From Eledone cirrhosa (Eukaryota), in the NCBI GenBank assembly GCA_964016885.1, contig OZ024742.1, forward strand, positions 221,402,001 to 221,466,000: a DNA stretch of 64,000 bases, read 5' to 3'. The notes beneath the pieces were generated by a model that did not search any database, had not been told where the DNA came from, and was given only the letters and a program-made list of their open reading frames with translations. A program made the translations under genes and the position numbers. Below, in pieces: positions 24,731 to 38,600 of this stretch (position 1 is the stretch's first letter; each line of letters begins with the position of its first letter).

Positions 24731-25427
24731 TGATGATGGTGATGGTGGAGATGATGATGGTGATGGTGGAGATGAGATGTTGACAATGATAGTGGTGATA
24801 GAGATGATGGTTGTGGTTTATTTATTTATTTATTCATTGTCTAATCTTATTTATATATTAGATATTTTTTATTAAATTCCCATGATGCAATATGGAAAGT
24901 AGATAATAGTTTCATAACATGACAAAATAAATAAGAAAATAGAAACAAAATAAAAAATAGAGATTTTTTTTATTCTTTTACTTGTTTTAGTCAATAGATT
25001 ATGGCCATGCTGGGGCACCACAGATTTAGTCAACCATATGAACTCCAGTGTTTATTTTTTAAGCCTGGTACTTATTTTATTAATCTCTGTTGTGTTAAGC
25101 TGCTAAGTTACAGAATATAATCACAGACACGTTAAATGATGATGATGAGACACAGATACAAACTTAGAACAGAGACATGAACAAATACGTATACTTCCTC
25201 AAAATGGCTGACTGAACATACATGCCTACTTCCTGTAAAAAAAAAAAATTTAATGTTTCTTCCTCTTCTTAATCTCATCTCTCTTTCGACTTATTCTTCT
25301 CTCTTCTGATGAAGGACTAACATCCGCAACATTAAGGCTCTTTTCCTAATATATCAAATGTTAAACTAATATTTATCACCATTGCACTGTGTTGTTTTCC
25401 TCGACTTTTCACATATATACATGCATG

Positions 25428-25470
<43 letters not shown>

Positions 25471-25476
<6 letters not shown>

Positions 25477-25940
25477 AAGATAATATAAAATGAAAGTGCT
25501 TTTATAAAGAAATTTATTAGGTACTGACAAATGTTTCTGTAACAGACGGAATACCTATGTATCGTTGCTTGCGTAATCATATAATTGTTTCTACTTTAGG
25601 CACAAGGCCAGCAATTACCCAGTGCATTACTGGTACTTTATTACCTATGTATCGCTTCTTACCAGTTGTCACTTCTTCAGATATCTCTGAAGAAGTGACA
25701 ACTGATTATACATTTGCTATCGAATACTTGCTAACATTATATGATTATGCAAGCAGCGATACATAGGTAATAAAGTACCAGTAATGCACTGGGTAATTGC
25801 TGGCCTTGTGCCTAAAGTAGAAACAATTATATGATTATGCAAGCAACGATACATAGGTATTCCGTCTGTTACAGAAACATATGTCAATACCTAATAAATT
25901 TCTTTATAAAAGCACTTTCATTTTATATTCATCTTTTCTA
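25471..25940. repeat. Head-to-head foldback of a hammerhead-type pLTR, with a SINE 3' fragment in each arm
   Basis: The arms are reverse complements. The centre is cttcttcag-atatct-ctgaagaag, and the right arm has GAAA catatg TC. Confidence 0.8.
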
Positions 25941-25950
25941 TATATATATA

Positions 25951-28446
25951 CTAGCAGAAGTACCCGGCGTTGCCCGGGTGTAAGTCGACCTTTGGTCTGT
26001 TAGAATGTGTGAAAGTTACTTCCCGCGCATCACAGGTACAAAACTTCGAACTTCAATGGAAAAAAATAGGTTAGTAGATACAGGTGTGTAATTTATTAAT
26101 TGTAGTTACAGTGTATCGTTGAAATTGTTTTCTGCACGACTGACGGAAGTCAAAATCGCTTGCTATTGAATGTTCAGTTAATTTAAAGCAGGGTAAAAAT
26201 GTCGATTACTTTCAGGGTTTTTTTTTTTTACAATTTTTGCGCTCACATGTGCAGAAGAAGAATTAAAAGGGCCTTTATCTTAACCGCGGCATAATGGCGA
26301 GTCTTTTGTGACAGTTTTCAAGAATATGGGACGTTCCTGTAAAAAGTTTCCCCATGTGTAACTTTGCCTTGTTTTTTTGCGCAAAGTCGAATCCCGCTTC
26401 AGTTTTATTGATTTTTTACATCAATGCGTGATCTCTGAAGTAGATTTGAGTAGCTAAAAACCTGTCCCGGTAAATTTGCTATAGGTGAAAAAAAGTTGAT
26501 CAAAATTGTATCTAGGGTTATTGCCCTTTGCCACAGCCTCAAGCCTCGTCTGACGGTATGTTGGTGATTCCTCCGTCAGCGCTTGTTGGCGACAAAGGCG
26601 AACATCAGCAAGCCTTGTCGTACGTGATGTTGGTGACTCAACCAGCCGGGAAAGACGTATATCAGCGAGTCGAGATTCGCGCTCAGCAGGTGTTTCCTAG
26701 AGAAAATTAATTAATTCTACTGGTTAGCTAAGCCAATGGTAGTGTCAATAGTAAATGTGAAAAGTCTAACATGAACAAAAGGGAATCAAGGTAAGACAAT
26801 AAATTTAATATAACTACGATTAGAATGTTGTAGTTGCTTAAAAGTGGTGACAGTTAGGATAAACGCAGTACTTGCTAACATTAAGGGAGAATATTGCATA
26901 AAGGATTAATCAATTGTGAATGAACTCATACCTGAGAACGCCTAATTCGTTGTCTCAAAGCAATAGCTGTACCTTTTTTGGAGGTAAGTCTTGAACGTTT
27001 CCGTGTGGGCATAACGACGTGTAACGAAGCTGTTAGGTTAGAGAGAGGTGATTAAATACAGAAAGAGATGACACCAGATTCGTTAGCATGGTTACTGGCG
27101 AATGGGAAGGTTTGGAAATATGATTACAATAACTTACTGAATTTTCCCGTCTATAAATTGCACTTAAAATAATTAAATTTAATCAAAAAACAGCCCTGCG
27201 CTTTATACTCCGGTGAGCCTTATGTATAAATAATACAATGGTAATCAATCACGACTCTAACAGAAGTAATAGATCTAGACTAAAAGTAAAGAAGATAGCA
27301 TTTTCTGGTTGGCCTTACACGCCGTTGCGCGGACCTGATTTTAAATGATACGCCTTATATCCTGGTGAGCCTTATAGAGCGGAAAATATCTATTGGAAAA
27401 GAATACGAATTCATGACCAAGGTGTGACAAAATAGGCGTCTATACAGCGCCTGAAACAAACTTGTCCAAAACCCTAGGATTTTTCTCGTTAAGTATCCAC
27501 CCAAAAGGAACCGTTTTTTAGTTGCAAAAAATAACCAAAGTGTATAGTAGCTATATTTCTGACATATGCCAAAAAGAACAATATATTCAAAAAATGTTCT
27601 AAAGTACATTCAATCTCTCTTTTTGACCGATATGTTAATAAGCAAGTTATCAATTTTTTTATTGGCTGTCAGTGTCTATCTGCATGCAGGTGTGCACGTG
27701 TGCGCAATTAATTGCAAATACGCTCATAACATTTAGTCGTAAGCAGAACAAAAAATGCCATTAGAGGTGGGCTAATAATGAAGACACAAACCCTGGTGAA
27801 CTTACGTTTAAACATCCGAAAAGTTACTCACTTCCTGTGCAAAAGACTGTATTATAAATTAAGTAATTTTTTAGAATCTTTTGTTTAAAAAAGAAAACAT
27901 TGGTACGACGTAAATTTTTTTACTTGTATTGTATGTGTACAACACAACTTCGTCAAGGTATTATTTAGTAATTTTTTTTTCAAAAAGCATGTTTGAAAAT
28001 TTACTCACAGCTTTTAGGTTCACAAAAGACACCATTAAATTTGGTTCCCTTTTCAGATAGGGATAATACTGTATTTCCACTTGAATAAGGTGGAATATGA
28101 AAAGAAACTCTTTAATGGTCGGTCGTTTACTGAGACAGCTGGGAAGACATGCAGCTGGCCGTCCAATCAATAACGCACATCCTTATATGGGTATATGAAA
28201 TTTATTTTTATTGCGTCAGATGTAAACTAAGAGTTCTTGTGTTCGAATTCACATAAAATTTCATTGGAATCGAAAAACATTCTGTCATAGGGCCCGATTA
28301 TCGATTTTTCGAAAATTTCAAGTAGCCTATTCCACTCTACGCGTTGAGTTTTATATATGTGTGAGGTTTCATGAAAATTGGATGAACGGTGTAGCAGGCA
28401 AGTTCGGTACACTAAACAATGTCCATCTTCCCTTTATATATATAGA
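25951..28446 (-). mobile_element. Non-autonomous Helitron, 2.5 kb
   Basis: Minus strand starts TCtatatatataaag and ends with hairpin cccgggcaacgccggg plus CTAG; inserted between A and T; no long ORF. Confidence 0.8.
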
Positions 28447-29375
28447 TATATATATATATATATGTATGCATGCATGTATATATGTGAAAAGTCGAGGAAA
28501 ACAACACAGTGCAATGATGATAAATATGCATGTCCTCATGTTTCACCACCATGCAGCACTGTACTTTGCACAGAGTTGTCATTCCTTTTGTATGTAGGGA
28601 AAAACTTTTTGTTGCCAACTGTGGGAGTAGATCTCTAAACTTATTCTAGCTATTATGCTCTTGATGCACCCACCTCTGCAGCTAATTAGGTCACCTAGAT
28701 AGTAGAAGCTATCAACCACTTCTATAGACCATTCCTAGAAAAGATATATATCTATTTATATATATATATGTTTTCACTATCAACATTTTTGGCAATTCCA
28801 ATATGCCACTCTGTGTATGCTGAAATCCTCCTTTAAAATTAAATGTGCAGAATCTTTACTGATCTCAACCTTGTCACTGATTTCCCACGTAGTCAAACGA
28901 TGACCCTCCATTATCAACATCTGCACTTTATCAATGAAAACTGCATTGTGACTTGTTGAATTTTACAAATTGTAATTATTTCTGCTTTGGTAAAACTTGA
29001 TGCAAAAGCATTGCTCCACACATTCTGTCATCCAGTGTAAAATGATAATGTGATGAGTAAGTAGCACAACACTTCACCAGGGGGCTGTCTAACAGTGACT
29101 GACACATGCTGCAAGTTCATAAAAAGTCATACATGTGCATGAATGTATGCAGTTCTATTCTGAACACTGTTGTCTCCATAGGAAAAAATAAAGCCAGCTA
29201 CATTTTTGACAGACCAGAAAAGCAGATGTAAAAATGATGATGATGATGATTATATATATATAAGCAAGCAGGGAAAAGCGGACGTAAAATGATGATGATG
29301 ATGACGATGTAGATGATGATGATATGTATATACACACACACACTCACATATGTATAATATATATATATGTGTATG

Positions 29376-29720
29376 AAGGCACATAGCTCAGTGGTTAGAG
29401 TTTTGGGCTTGCGATCATGAGGTTGTGAGTTTGATTCTCAGACTTGGTGATGTATTGTGTCCTTGAGCAAGACACTTTATTTCACGTTGCGACAATTTAC
29501 TCAGCTGTAGAAATGAGTTGTGACGTCACTGGTGCCAAGCTGTATCGGTCATTGCCTTTCCCTTGGACAACAACAGTGGCATGGAGAGGGGAGACTGGTA
29601 TGCATGCGTGACTACTGGTCTTCTACTAACAACCTTGCCCAGGCTTATGTCTTGAAAGGGAACATTCTAGGTACAAATCCCATGGTCATTCGTGACTGAA
29701 GAGGGTCTTTATCCTTTATA
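29376..29720 (+). mobile_element. tRNA-derived CORE-type SINE (non-RTE-A tail)
   Basis: A box tagctcagtgg, B-box-like gagtttgattctc and CORE gtgtccttgagcaagacactt...ctgtagaaatg. Confidence 0.8.
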
Positions 29721-29884
29721 TGTATGTATCAAGCCTTCAGCCTATTGGCAGGCCCCGGGCCCATTTGAGAGGTCAGTATCTCCACTTCAGTACTGACCTG
29801 ATCTGTGACAACCTGTCCAACCCTTACTAGTAGAGAAGCGAAAGTTAAATGATGATGGTGTTGATGATGACAATGATGGTGTGT

Positions 29885-30080
29885 GTGTGTCCATGTCAGT
29901 GTTTACATATAGTATTTATTTATGTCCAGTGACTTAGTGGTTCAACAAATAGAGATTGACAAAATATGTACCACACTTGAAAAAGTACTGGGGTCGATGT
30001 AATTGACTAAATCCCTTCAAGTTGGTGCCCCAGTATGGCCACAGTCGAACAACTGAAACCAGTAAAAGAATAAAAGAATA
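29885..30080 (+). mobile_element. 3' part of another SINE family
   Basis: ggtgccccagtatggcc...ctgaaaccagtaaaagaataaaag. Relatives lie at ~24975-25090 (-), ~46015-46065 (-) and ~60745-60995 (+). Confidence 0.6.
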
Positions 30081-30172
30081 CATATAAAAATCTACAGAAA
30101 TTCATGCAAATACACATAAAAAGAGAAGTGTATACAGTATACTATGGAGGAAATTCTTTCCAGTTATCAATC

Positions 30173-30235
<63 letters not shown>

Positions 30236-30246
30236 AAATAGATAGA

Positions 30247-31580
30247 TAGTCTCTCCGAGCACGTCGTCGCCCTTGTAATGTACAATCCCTCTATAGAATG
30301 TCAAAGTGGAGTCTCCACTGATTGCTGCGCCCGCTTGCCAGAGAACTGTGAGCGCCTGAGCGCATTCAATATACCAGGCACCCATCGTTTTCGGTCTTTT
30401 CTTGACCCAGGACTGCAGCTCCGTCAGCGAGACGAGCTGTAGGAAAGCCTGTCTCACAAATGGTGCCCACAGCAGTTGTTCCCGCATAATTCCACAGGTT
30501 GGTTACGCCCGGGCAGTGTACAATTGCGTGCAGGACTGTTTCAATGTCCTGCGCACATCTTGGACACGTCCTCTTGGAAGGATCCCTGCCAGGGCGTCCG
30601 TGCCTGTAGATCTTGTCAGGAACCGGTAGAGCTCCTCGGTAGCACTGCCAGGCCAGGGACCTTTGGAAGTTGCCCATAGGTCCCGGGCGGAAAGTCCTAC
30701 CAAACAGACTGGTGAGCTCATCGTCTTTGACACCCAGAGTCTCTCCGAGCACGTCGTCGCCCTTGTAACGTACAATCCCTTTATAGAATGTCGAAGTGGA
30801 GTCTCCACTGATTGCTGCACCCGCTTGCCAGAGGACTGTGAGCGCCTGAGCGCATTCAATGTGCCAGGTGCCCATCGTTTTCAGTCTTTTCTTGACCCAG
30901 GACTGCAGCTCCGTCAACGAGACGAGCTTTGGCAAAGCCTGTCTCACAAACGGTGCCCACACCGGTTGGGGGTTGGTGAGGAATACCTGGAGATGCCGCA
31001 GCCTCAGCGCATGTTTGCGCATCATCAGCCACGGCATTCCCAGCCCTCCGTTGGAAGGGTGCTGACAGCAGACAGATCTCCTCACCAGCGGAGCCTGCTT
31101 CTTCCACAGAAACTGGAAGAACATGCGTTCCATCTTGGCGAGGTGTTCACGGAGACAAGGCACGACAGTCAAGCGGTAGTAGATGACGGACGCTATGAAA
31201 GTGTTCGTCACCTCCGCTCGACCTTTCAAGGACAGTTTGCACTCTGCCCACTTCTGGGTGAGCGCAAACACCTTGGCCATGATCTCGTTCCAGTTTTTCT
31301 CCACCTGGAGGTCTGGACCGAACCAGACCCCGAGCAATTTCACCGATCCGTCCGTCCAGCGTCCAACGACGCTGTCGGACGTCATCGGTTTGCTTTTCCA
31401 CGTACTGAGTTGCAAACCAGCAGACTTGTCTGGCTTTAGTTTGCTCCCGTCAGCGTTTCGTATTCTTTCAGTAAGTTGCCGATCACCCTGATTTCCGAGG
31501 TGCTCGACACCATTACTGCAACGTTGTCGGCATAAGCCGATGCCGCTTTCCGCTGTCCCGGTTCTAGAGGGATGCCCTGA
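30247..31580 (-). mobile_element. Truncated Tx1/L1-clade LINE, RT C-terminal part, with a partial duplication
   Basis: SAYADNV, KLLGVWF, LSLKGRAEV, GGLG and zinc knuckle CPRC..ETVLHAIVHC. Both ends lie in (AG)n. Confidence 0.88.
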
Positions 31581-31714
31581 AGAGAGAGAGAGAGAAAGAG
31601 AGAGAGAGATAAAGAGAGAGAGAGATAAAGAGAGAGAAAGAGAGAGAGAGAAGAGAAATAGAGAGACAAATAGATAGATAGAAAGAGAAAGATAGATAGA
31701 TAGAGAAAGATAGA

Positions 31715-34700
31715 TATGTTTCTTTATTAACCACAGGGGCACAAAAGAAGGGGACAAATACAAAGGGGGAAGTTTACATACAATAAAAACGTGTAAAATA
31801 CTATCACAAATGCAATTTAAAAATTAATCGATTTTTCCCCCAATAGGGGGAGACATTACATATGCTGGGGTACAGCACCTCTCTATCCATCCTGATTCTT
31901 CTTCCAAAGTGGTATTTGAAAAAAAGAATCAGTTCTTGGCCGGAGAGAAAGGTGTCTGACCTCAGCCCTTTCAACCTTGTCCACCATACCTCTTTCGCCA
32001 TAGCTATCACACAAAGGAAAACCGCCTCTCCTTCGTTTTTGAAGGAGGCTGGTGGTTTGATCATGACAATGGACTCGGTGGTCAACTGGATTGGTCCCAC
32101 CCGTGACAATAGTCGTTCCACATAGCCCCACAGGTCGGTGACGCCCGGGCAGTGTATGAATGCGTGCGCGACGGTTTCTTCATCTCGTACGCACCTCGGA
32201 CAGATCTTTTTTGCAGGGTCCCTGCCCAGGCGACCATGTCTGTAGAGCTTGTCTAGAACTGGTAGAGCTCCTCGGTAGCACTGCCAGGCCAGGGACTTTT
32301 GGAAGTTGTTCATCGGTCCCAGGCGGATGGTCCTACTGAACAGACTGGCCAGTTCGTCTTCCTCTACGCCCAGAGTTTCACCGAGCACGTCGTCGCACTT
32401 TCTGCGGATCAACCCTCTATAGAATGACGAAGTGGAGTCTCCACTGATTGCCGGGTCCGCCTGCAAGAGGGCTGTGAGCGCCTGAGCACATTCGATGTGC
32501 CAGTCGCCCATTTTCCTCGGTCTTTGCTTGACCCAGGACTGCAGCTCGGTCAGCGAGACTAGTCGTGGGAAGGCTCACCTCACGAACGAGGCCCACACCG
32601 GTTGTCCGGGGAGGAATATGTAGAGATGCCGCAGCCTGAGCGCGTGTTTGCGCATCGTTAGCCACGGCATCTCCAGCCCTCCGTTGGAAGGGCGTTGGCA
32701 GCCGATGGATCTTCTCACGAAAGGAGCCTGCCTCTTCCAAAGGAATTGGAAGAGCGCGCGCTCCATTTTGGCGAGCATTTTGGCTGGACAAGGCACGACA
32801 GTCAAGCAGTAGTAGATGGCGGACGCTATAAAAGTGTTCGCCACCTCCGCTTGACCTTTCAAGGATAGTTTGCACTCGGCCCACTTCTGGGTGAGTGCAA
32901 ACACCTTGGCCGACACCTCGTTCCAGTTCTTCTCCACTTGGAGGTCCGGACCAAACCAGACCCTGAGCAGCTTTACTGGTCCTTCCGTTCAGCGTCCAAT
33001 TACGCCATCGGAAGGCATTGGTTTTCTTCTCCACGATTCAAGTTGCAAACCGATGGACTTGTCCCGGTTCAGCTTTGCTCCTGTGAACCTTTCGTATTCC
33101 TTCAGTAAGGTCTCGATTTGCGAGGCGCTCGCCACCATTACCGCAGTCCCGGTTCCAGAGGCATGCCCTGCAATAGCTCCAACTTCCGCAGTAGTGGCAC
33201 GAGAGTCAATACGTACAAAAGGGAGGAGAGAGGGCATCCCTGTCGAATGGATCACGTGATATGGAACGGCTCCGAGAGCTAGCCATTCACCTTAACCCTT
33301 GAGCAGATGTTGCTGTTATGCATTGCAGCAATCCAGCCCCTGAACACGGGTCCGAAGCCTGCCGCCTCGAGTACTGCATCTAGGTCACGATGGTCAACCC
33401 TATTGAAAGCCTTAGACTGATCCAAGTTGATCAGGGCCCCACCAAAGCCGGGTTTACACCCTACCCTCTCTATGATAAATCGCATGAGGTGGAGGTTGTC
33501 GTGTATGGACCTGGTCGGGATTGCGCATGTCTGCGCTTCTCCCACCAGGTTCTCAATGACAAGTGCCAGCCTCTTTGCCAACACCTTGGCCAAAATCTGT
33601 AACTCTGTGTTTAGCAGAGCTATGGGCCGGAAGTTGCCTATGTCATCCCCCTTATTCTCGTCCTTCCTGACTAGTGTGACTATGCCCCCGGTCACAGAAC
33701 TGGGAATTCTCCCGTTCTGTTGCCAGTTGCAGTAGACCGCTTCCAGGAGACCGGAGAATAAGTCCGGCATTGCTACGTAAAATTCGTAGGGTAGACCGTT
33801 GAGACCTGGAGATTTGCATTTGCCCAATTGGCTCAACGTGTCCCCTATCTCAGCGGCTGAAATCAGCTTTTCGCAGAACTTTGCCTCGCTGTCCGAGAGT
33901 CGCGGTGGGCCGTCGAGGTATGGACCGAAATCCATAGCCCCTCCCGGCGCGCCGCCCTGCCCGAACAGCTGAGCAAAGTGCCGCTGAAAGGCCGCACACA
34001 TCTGCTTCGGCTCACGTATCACGCGTCCGTTTTGGTCCTTCAAAGACCGAATCGTGGACTTGTTGCCACTTTTTGCCTCCGTCACTCAGGCCCAGCTAAC
34101 AGCTTTGGCTCCCTCGTTTCCCAGAGCACGTATTTTGCTTCTGACAACACAGCCCTCATGCTTTGCGTCGAAGAACTGGTCCAAGGCCGTTCTCATTGAT
34201 AGCACGCTGGCTACGTTGCCACTTCTAATTGCCTCTTCTACTTTATCTACCAGTTCTTTATCGGTTCTATTTCTATCTAACGCTAATTCTTTACTAAAAA
34301 CTAACAAGTCTAATCTAACTGCCCTCTTGAGAGAGTACCACCATCTGTTGTTGACAATGGCCCCTGTCAAGTGCTGTTTAACTAAAGTGCTAATCCGTCT
34401 ACTGTAAGCTTTGCATGTCGGTAACGACAAGTTCAGCTTCCAGTAGCCGGATCCTTGTCTATGGGTTCTATCAAGGTTGACCATGCAGGTCACTAGTTTG
34501 TGATCTGAATAGGCAACCATGAACATTTGTGGACAGCTTAACATGTCCCTATCCTTATTTCTAACTAGAATCCTATCTAGGTACGATCTAGATGTTCCGC
34601 TGAGGTTACTCCACGTCCACGGTGGCACAGTCGGAAACACTAGTCGATATCTATCAGCCAGGTCAAATCGGCCGATAAACTGTTTGAGGATGTTACACCC

Positions 34701-35040
34701 CCCTTTATCGGGACATGCTCCCACATAGTCCCAACGTGCATCTAGGATTCCATTCCAGTCCCCCACTAAAAGCAAGGAGCGGGACGTTCCCAGAAAAGTC
34801 TCTAGACGTTTGAAGAAGTCTGGCCGCGGTGTCCCGGATGGGGCATATGCGGCCACCAGCCTGAAGGCTCCACCTTCACTACCGTCAACGTCTAGGACCA
34901 CCAGTCGACCCTCCGGGTCCAGATGTACCATCTGTGTTACGAGGCCCAGGTGTTTCTGCAGCAAAACGGCAAGCCCCGCCCTCACCCCCCGGCTGACAGA
35001 GAGATGCGTAGATCTCAAAGTCATCGAAGATGGGGTAGAT
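31715..35040 (-). mobile_element. Tx1/L1-clade LINE ORF2 (APE+RT+CCHC), frameshifted
   Basis: APE motifs AYAP, VGDWN, YLDRI, SDH and WKLN; KSPGLNG, FRPIALLN and DQSKAFNRV; CPRC..ETVAHAFIHC. The 3' aataaa abuts (TCTA/TC)n. Confidence 0.92.
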
Positions 35041-35074
35041 AGATAGATAGAGAAAGATAGATAGATATATCAGG

Positions 35075-35225
35075 AAACACCTGGGCCTCGTAACACAGAC
35101 GGTACATCTGGACCCGGAGGGTCGACTGGTGGTCCTAGACGTTGACGGTAGTCAGGCTGGTGACCGCATATGCCCCATCCGGGACACCGCGGCCAGACTT
35201 CTTCAAATGTCTAGAGACTTTTCTG
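35075..35225 (+). mobile_element. Inverted fragment of the Tx1 APE region
   Basis: Reverse complement of ~34790-34960 with a small deletion; flanked by (ATAG)n. Confidence 0.8.
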
Positions 35226-35659
35226 ATAGATAGATAGAGAGAGAGAGAGAGAAAGATAGATAGAGAGAGAGAGAGAAAGATAGATAGATAGATAGAGAGA
35301 GAAAGATAGATAGATAGAGAGAGAGAGAGAATTTGGTTAAGTTTACTGCCATTTTCTGTTCAATGTCTCACAGCAGAAAAAGTCTTGGAGAATTTCCAAT
35401 CAACTTTCATTCCGTTCTTTTTTATTTTATCACTTTATTGTTATTATCAGTTATTATTATTATTATTATTGTTATCCCTAATTCTAGCGTATTTTCAAAA
35501 CAAAAAAACAAAATCCTTTCCTTCCTCCTTCTTTCGAAACTCCCGCTTACTCGCCCCCCCCACCCGCTACTTCGAAGGCATGGGGCGGTCAAACGCCTAA
35601 CACACACAACCATCATGCGGCCACCCTCCCCCCTCTCTCTCTCTCTCTATATATATATA

Positions 35660-38600
35660 TATGATAGGAATTCACTTCGCCAAATTTCGTTGCTTTGCTG
35701 TCTACCCCACGATATTCATGTAACGTAATGTACATATTTTCCTTCATCTCTACCTCCACAAATCCTAATTCCCCATTTCCTAATTCTAGCGTATTTTCAA
35801 AACAATCCATATTTCGTATCAAGTCCAAATAGCCAATCTATCGCTAAAACAATCTACATTTTTTGTATTTATTAATTGTTAAATACGAAAGTTTTTGGTC
35901 GTATTGAACAGAACAAATTTTGTATTTTTGTTAATCGCTTGTTAAATGCAAGGACCCCATTCAATCATTACCTTCTATCTAGCTACCCAACACCCCTCCC
36001 TCCCGCCCCCATGCACCTCCATTGCTATTACGTGGACCAATCATAAGCCAGAGCCCCCACGCATCACCAGTATTATTAGGCGGACCAATCAGAAGCCAGA
36101 GGCCTATACTATCGCTTGCCTGGTTGCCTTTCGATATATGATGGATGGATGGACTGCGGAATCCTGGAGAGTGGAGGAGAGAGAGAGAAAAATCTGGACG
36201 CTCAGCGACAATGCCAAAGATAAAGACAAATTCACCTCTTGGACGAGAATGCGAGCACTCCTCATTGTTTCGACCGCGGACGGCTAACATAACCCCATCG
36301 CCCCCCGCCCCCCACCGCCCCCAACCCCCAAACGCAATCCAAAACTTCAGAGTTGGTACCATAAATGTAGGCACCTTAAAGGGTCGCGCTAATGAGGTTG
36401 TAGAAATGCTTGAACGTAAGGAGGTCGATGTTTGTTGTATTCAAGAGACCAGGTGGAGGGGTGGGTCTGCTAGGTTCATTGAGGGTAAAAAACGATGTTA
36501 TAAGCTTTTCTGGGTGGGAAACGACGATGGGCTGGGTGGAGTAGGAATCATGGTAGCAGAAAAGTGGGCAGATAAGATAATAGACGTAAATAGAGTGAAC
36601 GACAGAATAATTAAAATACGACTTGTCCTCAATAGAACAGGACGAGACGTACTCGACAGCAGAAGAGGACTATCCTCAGGAGAAAAATATGGAAGCTAAA
36701 GGACCCCACAGCCAGAAATAAATTTAAAAGCATATTACTTGATGCTTTCGACAGTAAGGAAGAACATTTAGAGTCGGACAATATAGAGGGACAGTGGGAA
36801 TTTCTGAAAGCAAACCTGCTGTTGGCGACAGACGAAGTCTGTGGCTGGAGCAGGCCTGTAGGCAGGAGGAGAGTAACATGGTGGTGGAACAGTAAGGTGG
36901 AGAGGTCAATTAAGGCCAAAAAGCAGGCTTGGAAAGTATGGCGGGATGGGGGAAGTAGAGAAGACCATCAAGTGGCCAGGAGGGAAGCTAGGAGACAAGT
37001 GTACTTAGCAAGAAGGGAAGCTGAGGAAAGAAAGTTCAAGCATGTTCTACAACGCGATGACCAAAAACGTGAGGTGTTCAGGATTGCTAGGCAATGCGTC
37101 AAGGAAAACCGTGATATTGTCGGGGAGAAGTGTGTACTAAACGACGATGGCACACTTGCCATCACCGACGCTGATAAGAAGGTAGCTTGGAAGTGTCACT
37201 ATGAAAGGCTACTAAATGAGGAGAATAAATGGGAGAAAGACAGTCTCCCCCATATCGACCCAATAGAGGGACCAGCAGTGTTAGTCGAGGGGAGTATAAT
37301 AAGTAAGGCAATCAAGGATATGAAGACGGGTAAGGCGGCTGGGCCTTCGGAAATAGTTGCTGAGATGCTGAAGGCATCTGGCACGGTGGGACACACCATG
37401 GTCACCCACATAGTTAACCAAGTCGTACAGAATGGGGTTGTTCCGAAGGACTGGCATAGCAGCATCATCGTTAACTGTTATAAGGGTAAAGGAGACGCCC
37501 TAGATAGGAGTAACTATAGAGGCATTAAATTAATCGACCAGGTCATGAAGGTCACGGAAAAAGTAATAGCGCAACTAATCAGAGAGAGAATTGACCTAGA
37601 TGAAATGCAGTTCGGGTTTGTGTCAGGCAAAAGTACCACAGACGCTCTTTTCATAGTACGACAACTACAGGAGAAGTACCTAGCTAAAGGTAAACCCCTC
37701 TACTTAGCTTTTATCGACTTGGAGAAAGCCTTCGACAGAGTCCCCCGCTCCATTATCTGGTGGGCTCTTAGAAAATTAGGCGTTGACGAATGGCTTGTGA
37801 GGGCTATACAAGCCATGTATAAAGAAACAGTCAGCAAGGTTAGAATTAACAACGAATATAGTGAAGAGTTTAGCGTAAAAGTTGGCGTCCATCAGGGCTC
37901 TGTTCTCAGCCCACTACTATTTATTATTGCCCTTCAGGCTATAACAGAGGAGTTCAAGACAGGCTGCCCATGGGAACTCCTATACGCAGACGACCTGACA
38001 CTCATAGCGGAATCAATGGCCGAGCTAGAGAAGAAATTCCAAACATGGAAGCACGGCCTAGAGTCAAAAGGACTTAAAATTAACCTGGCTAAGACCAAAG
38101 TACTAGTTTGTAGGAAAGAAAACAAGGCGGCGGTCCCTTCTGGGAAATGGTCGTGCTCGGTGTGTAGGAAAGGCGTAGGTAGAAACTCCATTTTATGTCC
38201 TAAATGCAAAGTATGGGTGCATAAAAGATGTAGTGGGATCACAGGTAAGCTAACTAAGAACATAGATTTTACATGTGGCCGGTGTTCTGGTGCAATAAGT
38301 AGCAGCAAGTGCCCACAAAATACTAGCTCTTCCAATTGCGCAGAGGGTTCTATAGAAATAGTGGACAGCTTCCGTTACCTGGGCGATAAAATCAGCAGTG
38401 GGAGAGGGTGCTCTGAAAGTACTGTAGCTAGAGTCAGAACTGGTTGGAAAAAGTTCAGAGAGCTTATACCACTATTAGCTGCTAAAGGGTTCTCCCTAAA
38501 AATGAAAGGCAGGTTGTACGATGCCTGCATACGAACAGCAATGCTGCATGGCAGTGAGACCTGGGCATTGTGTGCAGAGGATATACGCAGACTAGAGAGG

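Noticed and set aside
29376-29450. tRNA genes at SINE heads
   Set aside because: A and B boxes are present, but there is no full cloverleaf and they continue into SINE bodies.
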